DNA of 64,000 nucleotides from an uncultured delta proteobacterium. GTDB taxonomy: Bacteria > Myxococcota_A > Polyangia > Fen-1088. Under the pieces are notes generated by a model. It had not been told where the DNA came from. It saw only the letters and a list, made by a program, of their open reading frames with translations, and did no database searches. This document shows, one piece after another, positions 20,680 to 30,377 of the stretch. The stretch covers positions 1-64,000 of the forward strand of contig CAWCMR010000001.1 of the NCBI GenBank assembly GCA_963796685.1. Reading direction: 5' to 3'. The position numbers and the translations under genes were made by a program. Position 1 is the first letter of the stretch. Every line of letters starts with the position of its first letter.

Positions 20680-21069
20680 ATGATGAGGAAGCTTGCAGTA
20701 ACAGTATTCGCACTTTCGCTATCCGCATTCGGCTGCGGCAGCGACAGCGGCGGCAACAAACCAGACACCGCAGTCGGCGTGGACAGCGGGAAGACGACGG
20801 ACACGATCGTCACCGATGCCCCGATCGCCGACACGCCCCTGACCCCCGATACTCAGGTTGGAATGGACGGTCCGGTGGTCGATGCCCCAGTTGTCGACGT
20901 GGCACAACATGAGGACGTAATGCCAAGCGTTGACACGCCTGCAGTTGATGTCCAGGAGGGCGTGGACGGCCAGGCGATCGACTCGGTCAAGCCGGTCCTT
21001 GACGGCGGTGCACACGATTCCGGCCCCGCGGTTGACGCGGAAGGTATGGACAGCGGCTCGAAGGGTTAG
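20680..21069 (+). CDS. Small acidic low-complexity lipoprotein
   Basis: MMRKLAVTVFALSLSAFG-C lipobox, D/V/P-rich repeats (VDAP, VDTP), SD upstream and a terminator downstream. Confidence 0.8.
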   Translation: MMRKLAVTVFALSLSAFGCGSDSGGNKPDTAVGVDSGKTTDTIVTDAPIADTPLTPDTQVGMDGPVVDAPVVDVAQHEDVMPSVDTPAVDVQEGVDGQAIDSVKPVLDGGAHDSGPAVDAEGMDSGSKG

Positions 21070-21092
21070 CTCTTCCAGTTTCGAGTCATCGT

Positions 21093-21123
21093 AAAGCGGA
21101 TCCCTGACGGGATCCGCTTTCTT
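21093..21123 (+). terminator. Intrinsic terminator
   Basis: Perfect stem AAAGCGGATCCC-TGAC-GGGATCCGCTTT followed by CTT. Confidence 0.8.
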
Positions 21124-21270
21124 CGTTTCCGACGGATTTTGTCATCGCTGGGCACTATTTTCCCGACCAGGACAAAATCCGTCGCGTGAGCCCGACCCAG
21201 CGTGGGCGCACGAGGAAGACTTTCCAGTGTCGATTCGGGAGATTTCGCGCCTTCGGCCTCCCGTCCAATA

Positions 21271-21286
21271 GGGCACGCATATTGCA
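21271..21286 (+). promoter_or_regulatory. sigma54 -24/-12 promoter of the pilin gene
   Basis: GGGCACG-CATA-TTGCA matches TGGCACG-N4-TTGCW with correct spacing, 21 nt before the ATG. Confidence 0.75.
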
Positions 21287-21307
21287 TGGTAACAAGTCAG
21301 AGGCAGC

Positions 21308-21862
21308 ATGCGGCGACGAAAATCCACTGGTTTTACGTTGGTTGAATTGATGATTGTGGTTGCCATCATCGGCATTCTGGCCGCAATCGCCATTCCCGCT
21401 TTCACGCGATACGTAAGAAAGTCCCGCACTACGGAGGCCGTTGGGCATCTCAACAAGATGTGGTCTGGCTCGGTCACTTATTACATGAGCGACTTCACGA
21501 CCATAGGACCGGACAACACGGCTCTCGCGCTGCCCAAGCAGTTCCCGGGTCCTGCTGCGTTCTTCGAGCAAGGCGCAAAGATGTGCTGCACTCTCACCGG
21601 TGGGCGCTGTCCTGGAGGGGATGAGGTCTGGGCGAGCGACAAAGTGTGGGTCGCGCTGAAATTCGCACTCGCCGACCCGCACAACTATTTGCCCGGCTAT
21701 ACAGGCTCGGGCACAGGATCGGCTTCCAAGTTCACCGCGGCGGCGTTCGGAGACCTGGACTGCGATGGCACGTTGGCCGAGTTCAGACGTGATGGATTTG
21801 TAACATCGGGTGGCGATGTGGCGGGTCAAACCCAGCCCCTCGTGATCAACGAGCTGGAATAG
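21308..21862 (+). CDS. pilA: Type IV pilin (PilA-like)
   Basis: Class III signal G|[24 protein letters not shown] with E5; KSRTTEA; C-terminal A-x-GDLDCDG motif typical of deltaproteobacterial pilins. Confidence 0.85.
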   Translation: MRRRKSTGFTLVELMIVVAIIGILAAIAIPAFTRYVRKSRTTEAVGHLNKMWSGSVTYYMSDFTTIGPDNTALALPKQFPGPAAFFEQGAKMCCTLTGGRCPGGDEVWASDKVWVALKFALADPHNYLPGYTGSGTGSASKFTAAAFGDLDCDGTLAEFRRDGFVTSGGDVAGQTQPLVINELE

Positions 21863-21959
21863 CCGGCCACGGCATCGGACGGTCGGCGACAGCCATTCAC
21901 GGTCTTGCTTGCGTTACCCTGGCAACCGGGCTATCTGAGGCAGGCGACGGGCGAGAAGC

Positions 21960-22826
21960 ATGGCAACTGACCCAGCGGTGACCGCAACCCTGCTCGTGAA
22001 CTGCCGCGACCGAACCGGCCTCGTGGCGGCACTCTCGAGCTTCGTGTTCACCCATGGTGGAAACATCCTGGATGCGGACCAACATGCCGAGCTCGACAGC
22101 GGCGAGTTCTTCATGCGCCTGGTTTGGGATCTGGCCGGCTTCGATATCGAACGCCAGCAGATCCAGTCCGAGATCGCGACACTGGCACGGCGTTTCGACC
22201 TGAAGTGGGAGCTGACCTTCTCGGACCACGTTCCACGCGTGGCCGTGTTCGCTACCAAAGCCTCGCACTGCCTCTACGACCTGCTGCTCTGCCAGCAGAT
22301 CGGGGATCTGGGCGGAAAGATCGTGGCCGTCATCTCCAACCACGGGGTCTTGGCCGAGGTGTGCAAACACTTCGAGGTTCCCTTCACGCACATCGCGGTC
22401 GACCCGCTCGACAAGCGCAAGGCCGAGCAGGCGCAGATCGAGCTGCTCGATTCGCTCCAGCTCGACGTGGTGGTGCTGGCTCGCTACATGCAGATCCTGT
22501 CCGCCGAATTCGTGGCGCGGTGGCCGAACAGAATCATCAACATTCACCACTCGTTCCTCCCGGCCTTCGCGGGCGCCCGGCCATACCATCAAGCGAAGGA
22601 GCGGGGCGTAAAGATCATCGGTGCAACCGCCCACTACGTCACCGCCGAGCTGGATCAGGGGCCGATCATCGAACAGAACGTCCGTCGTGTCTCCCACCGG
22701 GATGAGGTCGAGGATCTCATGCGAGCAGGGCGCGACCTGGAACGCGAGGTCCTGACGCGAGCCGTACGCTTGCACCTGCAACGGAGGGTGCTCGTCTCGG
22801 GCAATCGGACCATCGTATTCGGATAG
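21960..22826 (+). CDS. purU: Formyltetrahydrofolate deformylase
   Basis: N-terminal ACT domain, HCLYDLL, LARYMQILS, INIHHSFLPAFAGARPYHQA, ELDQGPII. Confidence 0.96.
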   Translation: MATDPAVTATLLVNCRDRTGLVAALSSFVFTHGGNILDADQHAELDSGEFFMRLVWDLAGFDIERQQIQSEIATLARRFDLKWELTFSDHVPRVAVFATKASHCLYDLLLCQQIGDLGGKIVAVISNHGVLAEVCKHFEVPFTHIAVDPLDKRKAEQAQIELLDSLQLDVVVLARYMQILSAEFVARWPNRIINIHHSFLPAFAGARPYHQAKERGVKIIGATAHYVTAELDQGPIIEQNVRRVSHRDEVEDLMRAGRDLEREVLTRAVRLHLQRRVLVSGNRTIVFG

Positions 22827-22929
22827 TTCGGCGCGCGGCGAGTGTGCTGTTGACTGCCGCACGATGGCGTCCGAGAATGCGGGGCATTGAAGTTGTAGCT
22901 GACTGCCTGCCTGGTGGAAGGAGACGACG

Positions 22930-23460
22930 ATGAAGATTCTATTGGCCCCACTCGCACTGCTCGTTGCCATGAATGCCGCGCCCGCATTCGCCAAGGGCGA
23001 TTCGGGTGGCAAGGCGGCCAAGAAGGGGGCGGCAGCGAAGGCCGCCGACCCAAACACCGCGGTCGCGAAGGCCCTTGGGGGAAAGGTGTGGATCCTTCCT
23101 TCGTCGCCGCCCAACGCCGAGGGTGAAGAGCTTGCCAAGTGGTTGTCCAGCCATCCCTCGGTGGCCGAGGTGAGCAAGAAGCCGAACGAGGAGCGTTGGC
23201 CCATCAACTATCTGGCCGTGTTCAAAAAGCCGCCGGCCAAGGGGCCGTTGACCATCGAGTTCACGGACAAAAAGGAGCCGGGGACCTTGGTCGATCAATA
23301 TTCGACCCAAACCCAAGGTGGAGATTTCGTGTTCCAGGAGCCCTACGACCTGGACACCAACAATGGCTTCAACAAAGGCCATACGTACATCATCAAGGTC
23401 GGCCAGATCATCAAAAACAAGTTCGTCAGCTATGCGAACGGCGAAGTGACGCTGAAGTAG
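22930..23460 (+). CDS. Secreted hypothetical protein
   Basis: SD GGAG, signal peptide ending APAFA, beta-rich mature region. Confidence 0.8.
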   Translation: MKILLAPLALLVAMNAAPAFAKGDSGGKAAKKGAAAKAADPNTAVAKALGGKVWILPSSPPNAEGEELAKWLSSHPSVAEVSKKPNEERWPINYLAVFKKPPAKGPLTIEFTDKKEPGTLVDQYSTQTQGGDFVFQEPYDLDTNNGFNKGHTYIIKVGQIIKNKFVSYANGEVTLK

Positions 23461-23478
23461 GCTCGCATCCAAGCTTGT

Positions 23479-24921
23479 ATGCGGGGCCTTCGCGTGTTCC
23501 CGCTGTGTTCTTCGGGCTCGGTGTGGTTAACTTTTCCGGTCTTGGCTTCACCGACAACCAGCGGCACGCGTCCTCGTCCTGGCGATGAGCTGGTCGCGAC
23601 CGTCGACCGCCTTACCTACGGCGGCGAAGGCGTGGCCCGCGTCGGTGGCTTGGCGGTGTTCGTGACCGGCGTGGCTGCGGGCGAAGTCGTGCGCGCCAGG
23701 GTGCGCAAGGTGCATCGCCGCCATGTCGAGGCCGACCTGGTCGGCGTCGAAAACGCTTCGCCGGATCGCGTGGCGCCACGCTGCCGGCACTTCGCCGAAG
23801 GGTGCGGCGGCTGCTGCTGGCAGCACGTGGCCTACCCGGCGCAGCTTGCCGCCAAGGCGTCCGCGGTGCGCGACAGCCTGGAGCGCCTGGGCGGGTTCAG
23901 GGATCTTGCCATCCGGCCCATCATCCCGGCCCCTGCCGCCTACGACTACAGGAACAAGATGGAGTTTGCCTTTCATCCGAACGGCATCCTCGGGCTGCAC
24001 CCGCGCGGAGCCTGGTACGACATCATCCGTTTGCGCGAGTGCTTTCTGCAATCGCCCGAGGCAGTGGCCATCGTCAAGGCGGCCCAGGCGTTCGTCGAGA
24101 GTCACGGTATTTCGTGCTACCACCCACGCTCCGGGCAGGGACTTCTGCGCGAGCTCTGCGTTCGCCAAAGTCGCGGCACGGGCGAGATTCTGCTCGGCAT
24201 CGTGACCAGTCCCGGCGACTTTCCCGAGGGCGAGGCCATGGCCGCCCATCTGGCCCAGGCCGCCCCCAACGTGGCCGGAGTCGTGCGCGCCATTCGCGAC
24301 ACCCCCGACGGGGCCGCCCCGCCGGTCGCAACCACGTCCCTCTTTGGCCGGGACCACATCACGGAGCTCTGCGCCTCGCTGCGCTTCCGCATTCGCCTGG
24401 AGACCTTCTTCCAGACCAACTCGGCGCAGGCGGAGCGACTGGTCGAAGCGGTCAAGGAGCTTGCCGGCGACGTGGAGGGTGCCCAGGTGGTGGATGTCTA
24501 TTGCGGCGTGGGCCTTTTCAGCTTGGCCCTGGCCGCCGTCGGCGCACGCGTCGTGGGTGTCGAAATCGTCGAGGCCGCCATCGAAGCGGCGCGCCGAAAC
24601 GCGGCCGAGAACGGGCTGACATCGCTCTCCTTTCACGCTGGCGATGCGCGCAAGGTGCTGGCCGACGTTCTGCCCGCCGGGCTTTCGCCCAAGGTCCTGG
24701 TCCTCGATCCACCGCGCGCCGGCGCCGGTGGCAAGGTCATGCGCAGGATCGCCCGCGCCCTGCCCGAACGCATCGTCTACGTTTCCTGCAACCCCACCAC
24801 GTTGGCCCGCGACCTCGTCGAATTGCGCCCCTTCGGCTACACCGTGACGGCCGTCCAGCCGCTCGACCTGTTTCCACAGACCTACCACGTCGAGACGGTG
24901 GTGGCCCTGACTCGAAGTTGA
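23479..24921 (+). CDS. rlmD: 23S rRNA (uracil-C5)-methyltransferase RlmD (true start may be TTG 23542)
   Basis: TRAM domain, CRHF...CGGC Fe-S motif, YRNKMEF, FFQTN, DVYCGVG, LDPPRAG, YVSCNP, DLFPQTYHVE. Confidence 0.93.
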   Translation: MRGLRVFPLCSSGSVWLTFPVLASPTTSGTRPRPGDELVATVDRLTYGGEGVARVGGLAVFVTGVAAGEVVRARVRKVHRRHVEADLVGVENASPDRVAPRCRHFAEGCGGCCWQHVAYPAQLAAKASAVRDSLERLGGFRDLAIRPIIPAPAAYDYRNKMEFAFHPNGILGLHPRGAWYDIIRLRECFLQSPEAVAIVKAAQAFVESHGISCYHPRSGQGLLRELCVRQSRGTGEILLGIVTSPGDFPEGEAMAAHLAQAAPNVAGVVRAIRDTPDGAAPPVATTSLFGRDHITELCASLRFRIRLETFFQTNSAQAERLVEAVKELAGDVEGAQVVDVYCGVGLFSLALAAVGARVVGVEIVEAAIEAARRNAAENGLTSLSFHAGDARKVLADVLPAGLSPKVLVLDPPRAGAGGKVMRRIARALPERIVYVSCNPTTLARDLVELRPFGYTVTAVQPLDLFPQTYHVETVVALTRS

Positions 24922-24943
24922 ACCATCATCCCGCGATGGCCGC

Positions 24944-25059
24944 TGAAGGTCGTGGTCGTGGCCGTGGTCGTGGCCGTGGTCGTGGCCGTGGCCGGTTGTC
25001 ATTGCCGTCGGCCACGGCCAAGGCCACGGTAAGCCGTCCACGTCTACGACCACCCTTCA
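24944..25059. repeat. Intergenic GGYCGT hexamer array with an inverted degenerate copy (long hairpin)
   Basis: About 7 GG(T/C)CGT units at 24948-24994, then reverse-complement-like units (CCACGG/ACGACC) to 25055, bracketed by TGAAGG...CCTTCA. Confidence 0.75.
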
Positions 25060-25240
25060 TCGCACCGATTGGGTGCGTGCATCCGTCGTGGAAAGGTGTC
25101 TCTTTCCGGTAGCTTCCGCGCTATCGCTCTTCTTGTCGCGGGATTAGGTTGAACCCCGGCGTGCTCGCCCGCAATCGCCATTCACTCTCTGGCCGGTTCG
25201 TGTAACCTTCGCGTCTAGCCTTTTCTTCCAAGGAGAGCCC

Positions 25241-26893
25241 ATGCCGCACGAACTAGCCGGAAAGCCCGCCCCTGCCGAGATCTTGGTGGATGTCGACCAC
25301 CTGGTGGATGCCTATTTCACCAAGCAGCCGGACGTGGAGGACACGGAGCAGTTGGTCAGCTTCGGAACCAGCGGTCATCGCGGCTCGTCCCTGCTGGGCT
25401 CGTTCAATGAAGCGCACATCCTGGCCGTGACCCAGGCCATCTGCGAGTACCGTCGGCAGGAGGGCATCAGCGGACCGATTTTCCTCGGCAAGGACACGCA
25501 CGCGCTGTCGCGGCCCGCCGAGCGCACGGCCTTGGAGGTGCTCGCAGCGAACTCGGTGCTGACCATCATGCAACGCGGAGACGGCTACACGCCGACGCCG
25601 GTGCTCTCCCGCCTGATCTTGGTGGCCAATCGCGGAAAACGCACCGCCCTCGCCGACGGCATCGTCGTCACGCCGTCGCACAACCCGCCCGGCGACGGCG
25701 GTTTCAAATACAACCCGCCGAGCGGTGGCCCGGCCGACACCAACGTCACGGCGTGGATTCAAGATCGCGCCAACGAGCTTCTGCGCGCGGGCAACCGCGG
25801 GGTCCGCCGCGTGCCCATCGAGACGGCGCTCAAGGCCTCGACCACGCGCCTGGATGACTTCGTCGCGCCCTACGTCGAGGATCTGGCCAATGTCGTCGAC
25901 ATGGAAGCGATCCGAAAAGCCGACATCAAGTGCGGCGTCGATCCCTTGGGCGGCGCCTCGCTCGCTTACTGGCAGGCCATCGTCGAACGCTGGAAGCTGA
26001 ACCTGGAGGTCGTCAACCCCATCGTCGATCCGCGATTCGCGTTCATGACGGTGGATCACGACGGCAAGATCCGCATGGACTGCTCCAGTCCCTTCGCCAT
26101 GGCAAACCTGGTAAAGCTGCGCGGCAGCTACCAGGTGGCGTTCGGCAACGACCCCGATTCGGATCGCCACGGCATCGTGGTGCCTGGGACGGGCCTTCTC
26201 AATCCCAACCACTATCTGGCCGTCGCCATTCGCTACCTCTTCACCCACCGATCGGGCTGGCCCAAGAATGCGGCCGTCGGCAAGACCCTGGTGTCGAGCG
26301 CCATCATCGATCGCGTGGCAACCGCGCTCGGACGCGACCTGCGCGAGGTGCCGGTCGGCTTCAAGTGGTTCGTGGAGGGTCTGCTGGACGGCAGCTTGGG
26401 ATTCGGCGGGGAAGAAAGCGCGGGCGCAAGCTTTCTGCGCTTCGACGGGAAGGTGTGGACCACGGACAAGGATGGCATCATTTTGGCGCTGCTCGCGGCC
26501 GAGATCACCGCCACCACGGGCAAGGATCCCGGCGAGCACTACGCGGAGCTCACGGCAATGCACGGCGCGCCGGTCTACACGCGTGTGGATCAGGCAGCCA
26601 CGCCCGCGGAAAAGGCGAAGCTCAAGCAACTCTCGCCGGCGCAGGTGAAGAGCTCGGCGCTGGCCGGCGAACCCATCCGCGCCATCTTGACCAAGGCGCC
26701 CAGCAACGGCGCCGCCATCGGAGGCCTCAAGGTCGTGGCGGAAAGCGGCTGGTTCGCGGCGCGCCCGTCGGGGACCGAGAACGTATACAAGGTCTACGCC
26801 GAAAGCTTCCACGGCGACGCCCACCTGGCGCAGATCCTGGCCGAGGCGCGCGGCATCGTACAAGCCGCGCTGGCGGAACCGCGCACGTCATAA
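25241..26893 (+). CDS. pgm: Phosphoglucomutase (glucose-1,6-bisphosphate dependent)
   Basis: [14 protein letters not shown] catalytic Ser, DPDSDRH metal loop, GEESAG, RPSGTE; SD AAGGAG. Confidence 0.96.
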   Translation: MPHELAGKPAPAEILVDVDHLVDAYFTKQPDVEDTEQLVSFGTSGHRGSSLLGSFNEAHILAVTQAICEYRRQEGISGPIFLGKDTHALSRPAERTALEVLAANSVLTIMQRGDGYTPTPVLSRLILVANRGKRTALADGIVVTPSHNPPGDGGFKYNPPSGGPADTNVTAWIQDRANELLRAGNRGVRRVPIETALKASTTRLDDFVAPYVEDLANVVDMEAIRKADIKCGVDPLGGASLAYWQAIVERWKLNLEVVNPIVDPRFAFMTVDHDGKIRMDCSSPFAMANLVKLRGSYQVAFGNDPDSDRHGIVVPGTGLLNPNHYLAVAIRYLFTHRSGWPKNAAVGKTLVSSAIIDRVATALGRDLREVPVGFKWFVEGLLDGSLGFGGEESAGASFLRFDGKVWTTDKDGIILALLAAEITATTGKDPGEHYAELTAMHGAPVYTRVDQAATPAEKAKLKQLSPAQVKSSALAGEPIRAILTKAPSNGAAIGGLKVVAESGWFAARPSGTENVYKVYAESFHGDAHLAQILAEARGIVQAALAEPRTS

Positions 26894-26993
26894 TCGCGAG
26901 CAAAATCAGGCCCTACCAGGCGGACCACCGCGCGCAGCTATCGATACTTTGCACGCCTGGGGTTTGAGGCATAAGGTTTCCCCTGATACGTCG

Positions 26994-29072
26994 ATGAAAT
27001 CCGCTTTTCTCGTTTGTACTGTTCTTGCCGTGGCCGGCAATGTCGGTTGCCACGCCGGGACCCAGGCACCTCCCTCCACCGCGCCCACCCAGAGCCTGGC
27101 GCCACCGACCACGTCGGCCAAGCTCACCCCCGTGGCGGCCGCGCCCCAGACCGCGGCCGCGCCGACGCCTGCGGTCGCAACCGAGCCCGAGCACGGCGAT
27201 AACCAAGCCTTCGTCGTTCACGACGGCAAGGAAAGTTGGGTCGACGCGGACGCCGCCGCCCGCTCGGGCTACACCATCATCGATTTCAGCAACGACTGGA
27301 CCCCCTTCATCTTCGCCGAGCAGCGCGGCGCCGACGGAACCGTGATGCACAACCGCTACCGCCGCGTCTTCATCGGTCTGGCCAACGACACCTTGGATGA
27401 GGACGGCGAGCCGCTTCCCGCGGGCGCGAAGAACTACCTCGAGCTTTACGGGGTGCCCCCCTCCCTCGGCGTGCTGCGCGAGCGCTTCATGGCCAACGAA
27501 CAGCAGACCTGCCACGCGACCATCGATCAGGAAAAACTGGAAGAGGTCGAAACCATCGCCTACGTCGCGCCGGGAAAGATGCGGGCGGAGGAGCAGCGCA
27601 CGGCCCGCTTGCGTCGCGAGCTCGAAGATGCCCGTCGCAAGTCCAAGGCGGCAACCCTGGACGATTTGGCCCTGAAAGATCCGACCCTCGCGGCCAAGGT
27701 GAAGGCCTACGAGCACCGCGTGGCCGAAAAAGTGGCCATGACCGAGGTGGAAAAACGTCTGACTTGCGAGGGCATGTTCAAGCACGGGCTTCGCCACGCC
27801 ACGGGTGTCTACGACGATGCCATGCGTTTGGCGGTCCGGCGCTTCCAGCAAAAGAACATGATCTACGAGGCCAACTACCTGCGCTCGAAGACCATGGATG
27901 CCTTGGACCTTCCTCCGCTGACCAACGATTACCACGCCTTTATGCGCGCGCTGCGCGAGCGCGTGGTGTCCGCGGCAGGCGTGGTCGAGGACGGCAGCGT
28001 CGAGGGCAAGGCCGGCGCGCCGACCTATACCGGTCAGTCAGGCAAGCCCGTGGCGGTGCGCAACCTCGTCGACGAGCTGACCCAGGCGGCGGCCGAGCAA
28101 CTGGGACTTTCGACCCAGGCAGGCGCGCTGGCGTTCTTCAAGCGCCACCCCGCCGCCGATTTTCGTCATCTGCGCGCGGCCGTCAGGCTGCCTTCGCTGC
28201 CCGAATACTACGGGCCGAGCATGGATCTCTCCATCGTCATCGATCGCGGCGACGTGTGGTACGACCTGCCCTGGGATGCCCAGGGCGTGCACCACGCGCA
28301 GCCACGCAAGCACTATCCAAGCTTCCACCTCTACGTGAAGTACAACAACCAGCGCATCTTGCTCGCCCGCTGGCGCACCACCGTCGGTGGTTGGCGCGCC
28401 GAACAAGCCTCCGACGGCTACGAGTACTTCCGCTACAAGGGATCGGACGTGGGGCCGCGCGTGATTCGCAACGTGGTGGCGGGCCCGGTGTGGATCGCGC
28501 CGGAATCGACGCCCATCCGCTCGCTGCTCAAGATGAAGGACGTGGGCGGCTCCTGGCAGCGCGTGGTGAACTACGACGAGCTCGGCCCGGGCTATTTGTC
28601 GGCCTACGGCCTGGTGGCCGGCTACTTCGTCCAACCGGGAAAGAATGGCCGCCCCGATTGGGACAACGGCATTCGCGCGCACGGTTCGTCGGACTACCTA
28701 TCCATCTACAGCTCCGAGGGCTATTCGCACGGTTGTCACCGCCTGCCCAACCACCTGGCCCTTCGCCTCTACTCGTTCATCCTGCGCCACCGGCCCATGC
28801 GCGTGCTTGGCGATCAGGGTATGGGTTTCGCGCGCCAGTTTCTGGCCGGTGACGATGTCTACGAGATCAGACTGCCCTCGCGCGGCTACTCCTACCAACT
28901 GGATCCTCCCCTGCCCGTGGATGTGCTCGAGGGCGACATCAAGGGCACGCTCAAGACACCGGTGCTGACCTACGTGCCCAAGCCCGGCATCAAGTATCCA
29001 GGGCCGCCACCGCCCGTGCGCAGCTCCGATGAAGGTCGAGCCGCGGGCGCGAAACCGGAGGGTGACGAATGA
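26994..29072 (+). CDS. L,D-transpeptidase (YkuD-like) lipoprotein with a peptidoglycan-binding-like motif
   Basis: Lipobox NVG-C, Pro/Ala linker, GVYD...AVRRFQ PG-binding-like motif, P-x-W and HG...SHGCHRL catalytic motif. Confidence 0.8.
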   Translation: MKSAFLVCTVLAVAGNVGCHAGTQAPPSTAPTQSLAPPTTSAKLTPVAAAPQTAAAPTPAVATEPEHGDNQAFVVHDGKESWVDADAAARSGYTIIDFSNDWTPFIFAEQRGADGTVMHNRYRRVFIGLANDTLDEDGEPLPAGAKNYLELYGVPPSLGVLRERFMANEQQTCHATIDQEKLEEVETIAYVAPGKMRAEEQRTARLRRELEDARRKSKAATLDDLALKDPTLAAKVKAYEHRVAEKVAMTEVEKRLTCEGMFKHGLRHATGVYDDAMRLAVRRFQQKNMIYEANYLRSKTMDALDLPPLTNDYHAFMRALRERVVSAAGVVEDGSVEGKAGAPTYTGQSGKPVAVRNLVDELTQAAAEQLGLSTQAGALAFFKRHPAADFRHLRAAVRLPSLPEYYGPSMDLSIVIDRGDVWYDLPWDAQGVHHAQPRKHYPSFHLYVKYNNQRILLARWRTTVGGWRAEQASDGYEYFRYKGSDVGPRVIRNVVAGPVWIAPESTPIRSLLKMKDVGGSWQRVVNYDELGPGYLSAYGLVAGYFVQPGKNGRPDWDNGIRAHGSSDYLSIYSSEGYSHGCHRLPNHLALRLYSFILRHRPMRVLGDQGMGFARQFLAGDDVYEIRLPSRGYSYQLDPPLPVDVLEGDIKGTLKTPVLTYVPKPGIKYPGPPPPVRSSDEGRAAGAKPEGDE

Positions 29073-29599
29073 GAATGCGCAAGAGCTCCGCGGAGGCGCG
29101 GCGCCGGCTCGCGCACGAGCGCGCACTCGCGTTTGGCGCCGCGGTTATCATCCTGGCCGGATCGATGGCGGTCTGGGCAGCAGGCAAGAAGGGCAAGGCG
29201 GTCGTCGGCGCGTCGAGCGACGAGGCGGGCCACACGGTGGACACCGCAAACCCGTCGGCGAAACCGGACACGGTGCACATCATCATTCAGACCGTTCCAC
29301 CGCGCAAGGCGCAGGTCAGGTGGGGAAGGAAGACTCTCGGCACCATCCCTGTACCTCGACCGCTGGTGGTCGAGCGACCGCGTGACAGCGGTCCCTTGGA
29401 TCTGGTCATTCGAGCCAGCGGCTTTCTGCCGGTTCACACGCGGGCCTACACCTTTTCCGATTCACGCGTCGCCGTGAAGCTGACGCCACCGGAGGACAAG
29501 AACAAGCTGTTCGGTTACCGCGAGGAGCCCGCGCCCAATCCCGACGGTGGCCTGCCGGCCGCCTCCGCTCCCGTCCCGCCTGCGCCGCCAACGCCGTAA
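29069..29599 (+). CDS. Membrane-anchored hypothetical protein with a PEGA-like domain
   Basis: N-terminal TM; IIIQTVPP...AQV...LGTIP...LVIRASGF PEGA-like pattern; ATGA overlap with the upstream gene. Confidence 0.7.
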   Translation: MRMRKSSAEARRRLAHERALAFGAAVIILAGSMAVWAAGKKGKAVVGASSDEAGHTVDTANPSAKPDTVHIIIQTVPPRKAQVRWGRKTLGTIPVPRPLVVERPRDSGPLDLVIRASGFLPVHTRAYTFSDSRVAVKLTPPEDKNKLFGYREEPAPNPDGGLPAASAPVPPAPPTP

Positions 29600-29605
29600 G
29601 GCCCC

Positions 29606-30367
29606 ATGATTCCGATCAGCGACGACAACCCGACGTTGCGTTTTCCCGTCGTGACCGTCTTGCTGCTCGCGGCCATGGGTCTGGTGTGGCTCTTCGTACA
29701 GGGCGCGGGGTTCGATGCCGCTCGGCTGTCCGAGACCGTGTGCAACTTCGGGCTGGTACCAGGGGAGATCACCCATCGCGCCAGGGTCGGGACCGCCGTC
29801 CCGCTCGGCATGGGGCTGTACTGCGTCGTGGATCGCGACCCGATCAACATCTGGACGCCAGTCCTCTCCATGTTCCTGCATGGAGGATGGGCGCACCTGC
29901 TCGGCAATGGGCTGTTTCTGTGGGTCTTTGGCAACAACGTGGAAGACAGCATGGGCCGGGTCCGCTTCCTCGCCTTCTACCTGCTGTGCGGCCTGGCGGC
30001 CGCCTTCGCCCAGATTGCCATCGATCCCGCCTCGCCCGTGCCCATGGTCGGGGCCTCGGGGGCCATTTCGGGCGTGCTCGGTGCGTACCTGATCCTCTAC
30101 CCCCGTGTCCGCGTACACGTGTTCGTGTTTTTCTTCCTGCTGTCCTTGCCGGCCTACTTCGTCCTGCTGATCTGGATCGGATTGCAGTTGTTTTCCGGAC
30201 TGCCGCAGATCACGTCTGTCCACCCTGCGGCTTCAACCGGAGTCGCGGTCTGGGCCCACATCGGGGGTTTCTTTGCCGGCGTGCTGCTGGTGAAGTTCTT
30301 CGAGAACCCGGAGTTGGTCAGCGCGCGTACCTTCATCAGGCGACGCAACTACCCGACCCATTGGTGA
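29606..30367 (+). CDS. Rhomboid family intramembrane serine protease
   Basis: MIPISDDNP start, SMFLHGGWAHLLGN, GASGAISG catalytic Ser, VAVWAHIGGF catalytic His. Confidence 0.95.
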   Translation: MIPISDDNPTLRFPVVTVLLLAAMGLVWLFVQGAGFDAARLSETVCNFGLVPGEITHRARVGTAVPLGMGLYCVVDRDPINIWTPVLSMFLHGGWAHLLGNGLFLWVFGNNVEDSMGRVRFLAFYLLCGLAAAFAQIAIDPASPVPMVGASGAISGVLGAYLILYPRVRVHVFVFFFLLSLPAYFVLLIWIGLQLFSGLPQITSVHPAASTGVAVWAHIGGFFAGVLLVKFFENPELVSARTFIRRRNYPTHW

Positions 30368-30377
30368 AGGAGACTCT

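Noticed and set aside
24948-25053. His-rich GHDHGHDH peptide on the minus strand
   Set aside because: It is just the translation of the hexamer repeat inside an ORF antisense to rlmD; no independent coding evidence.
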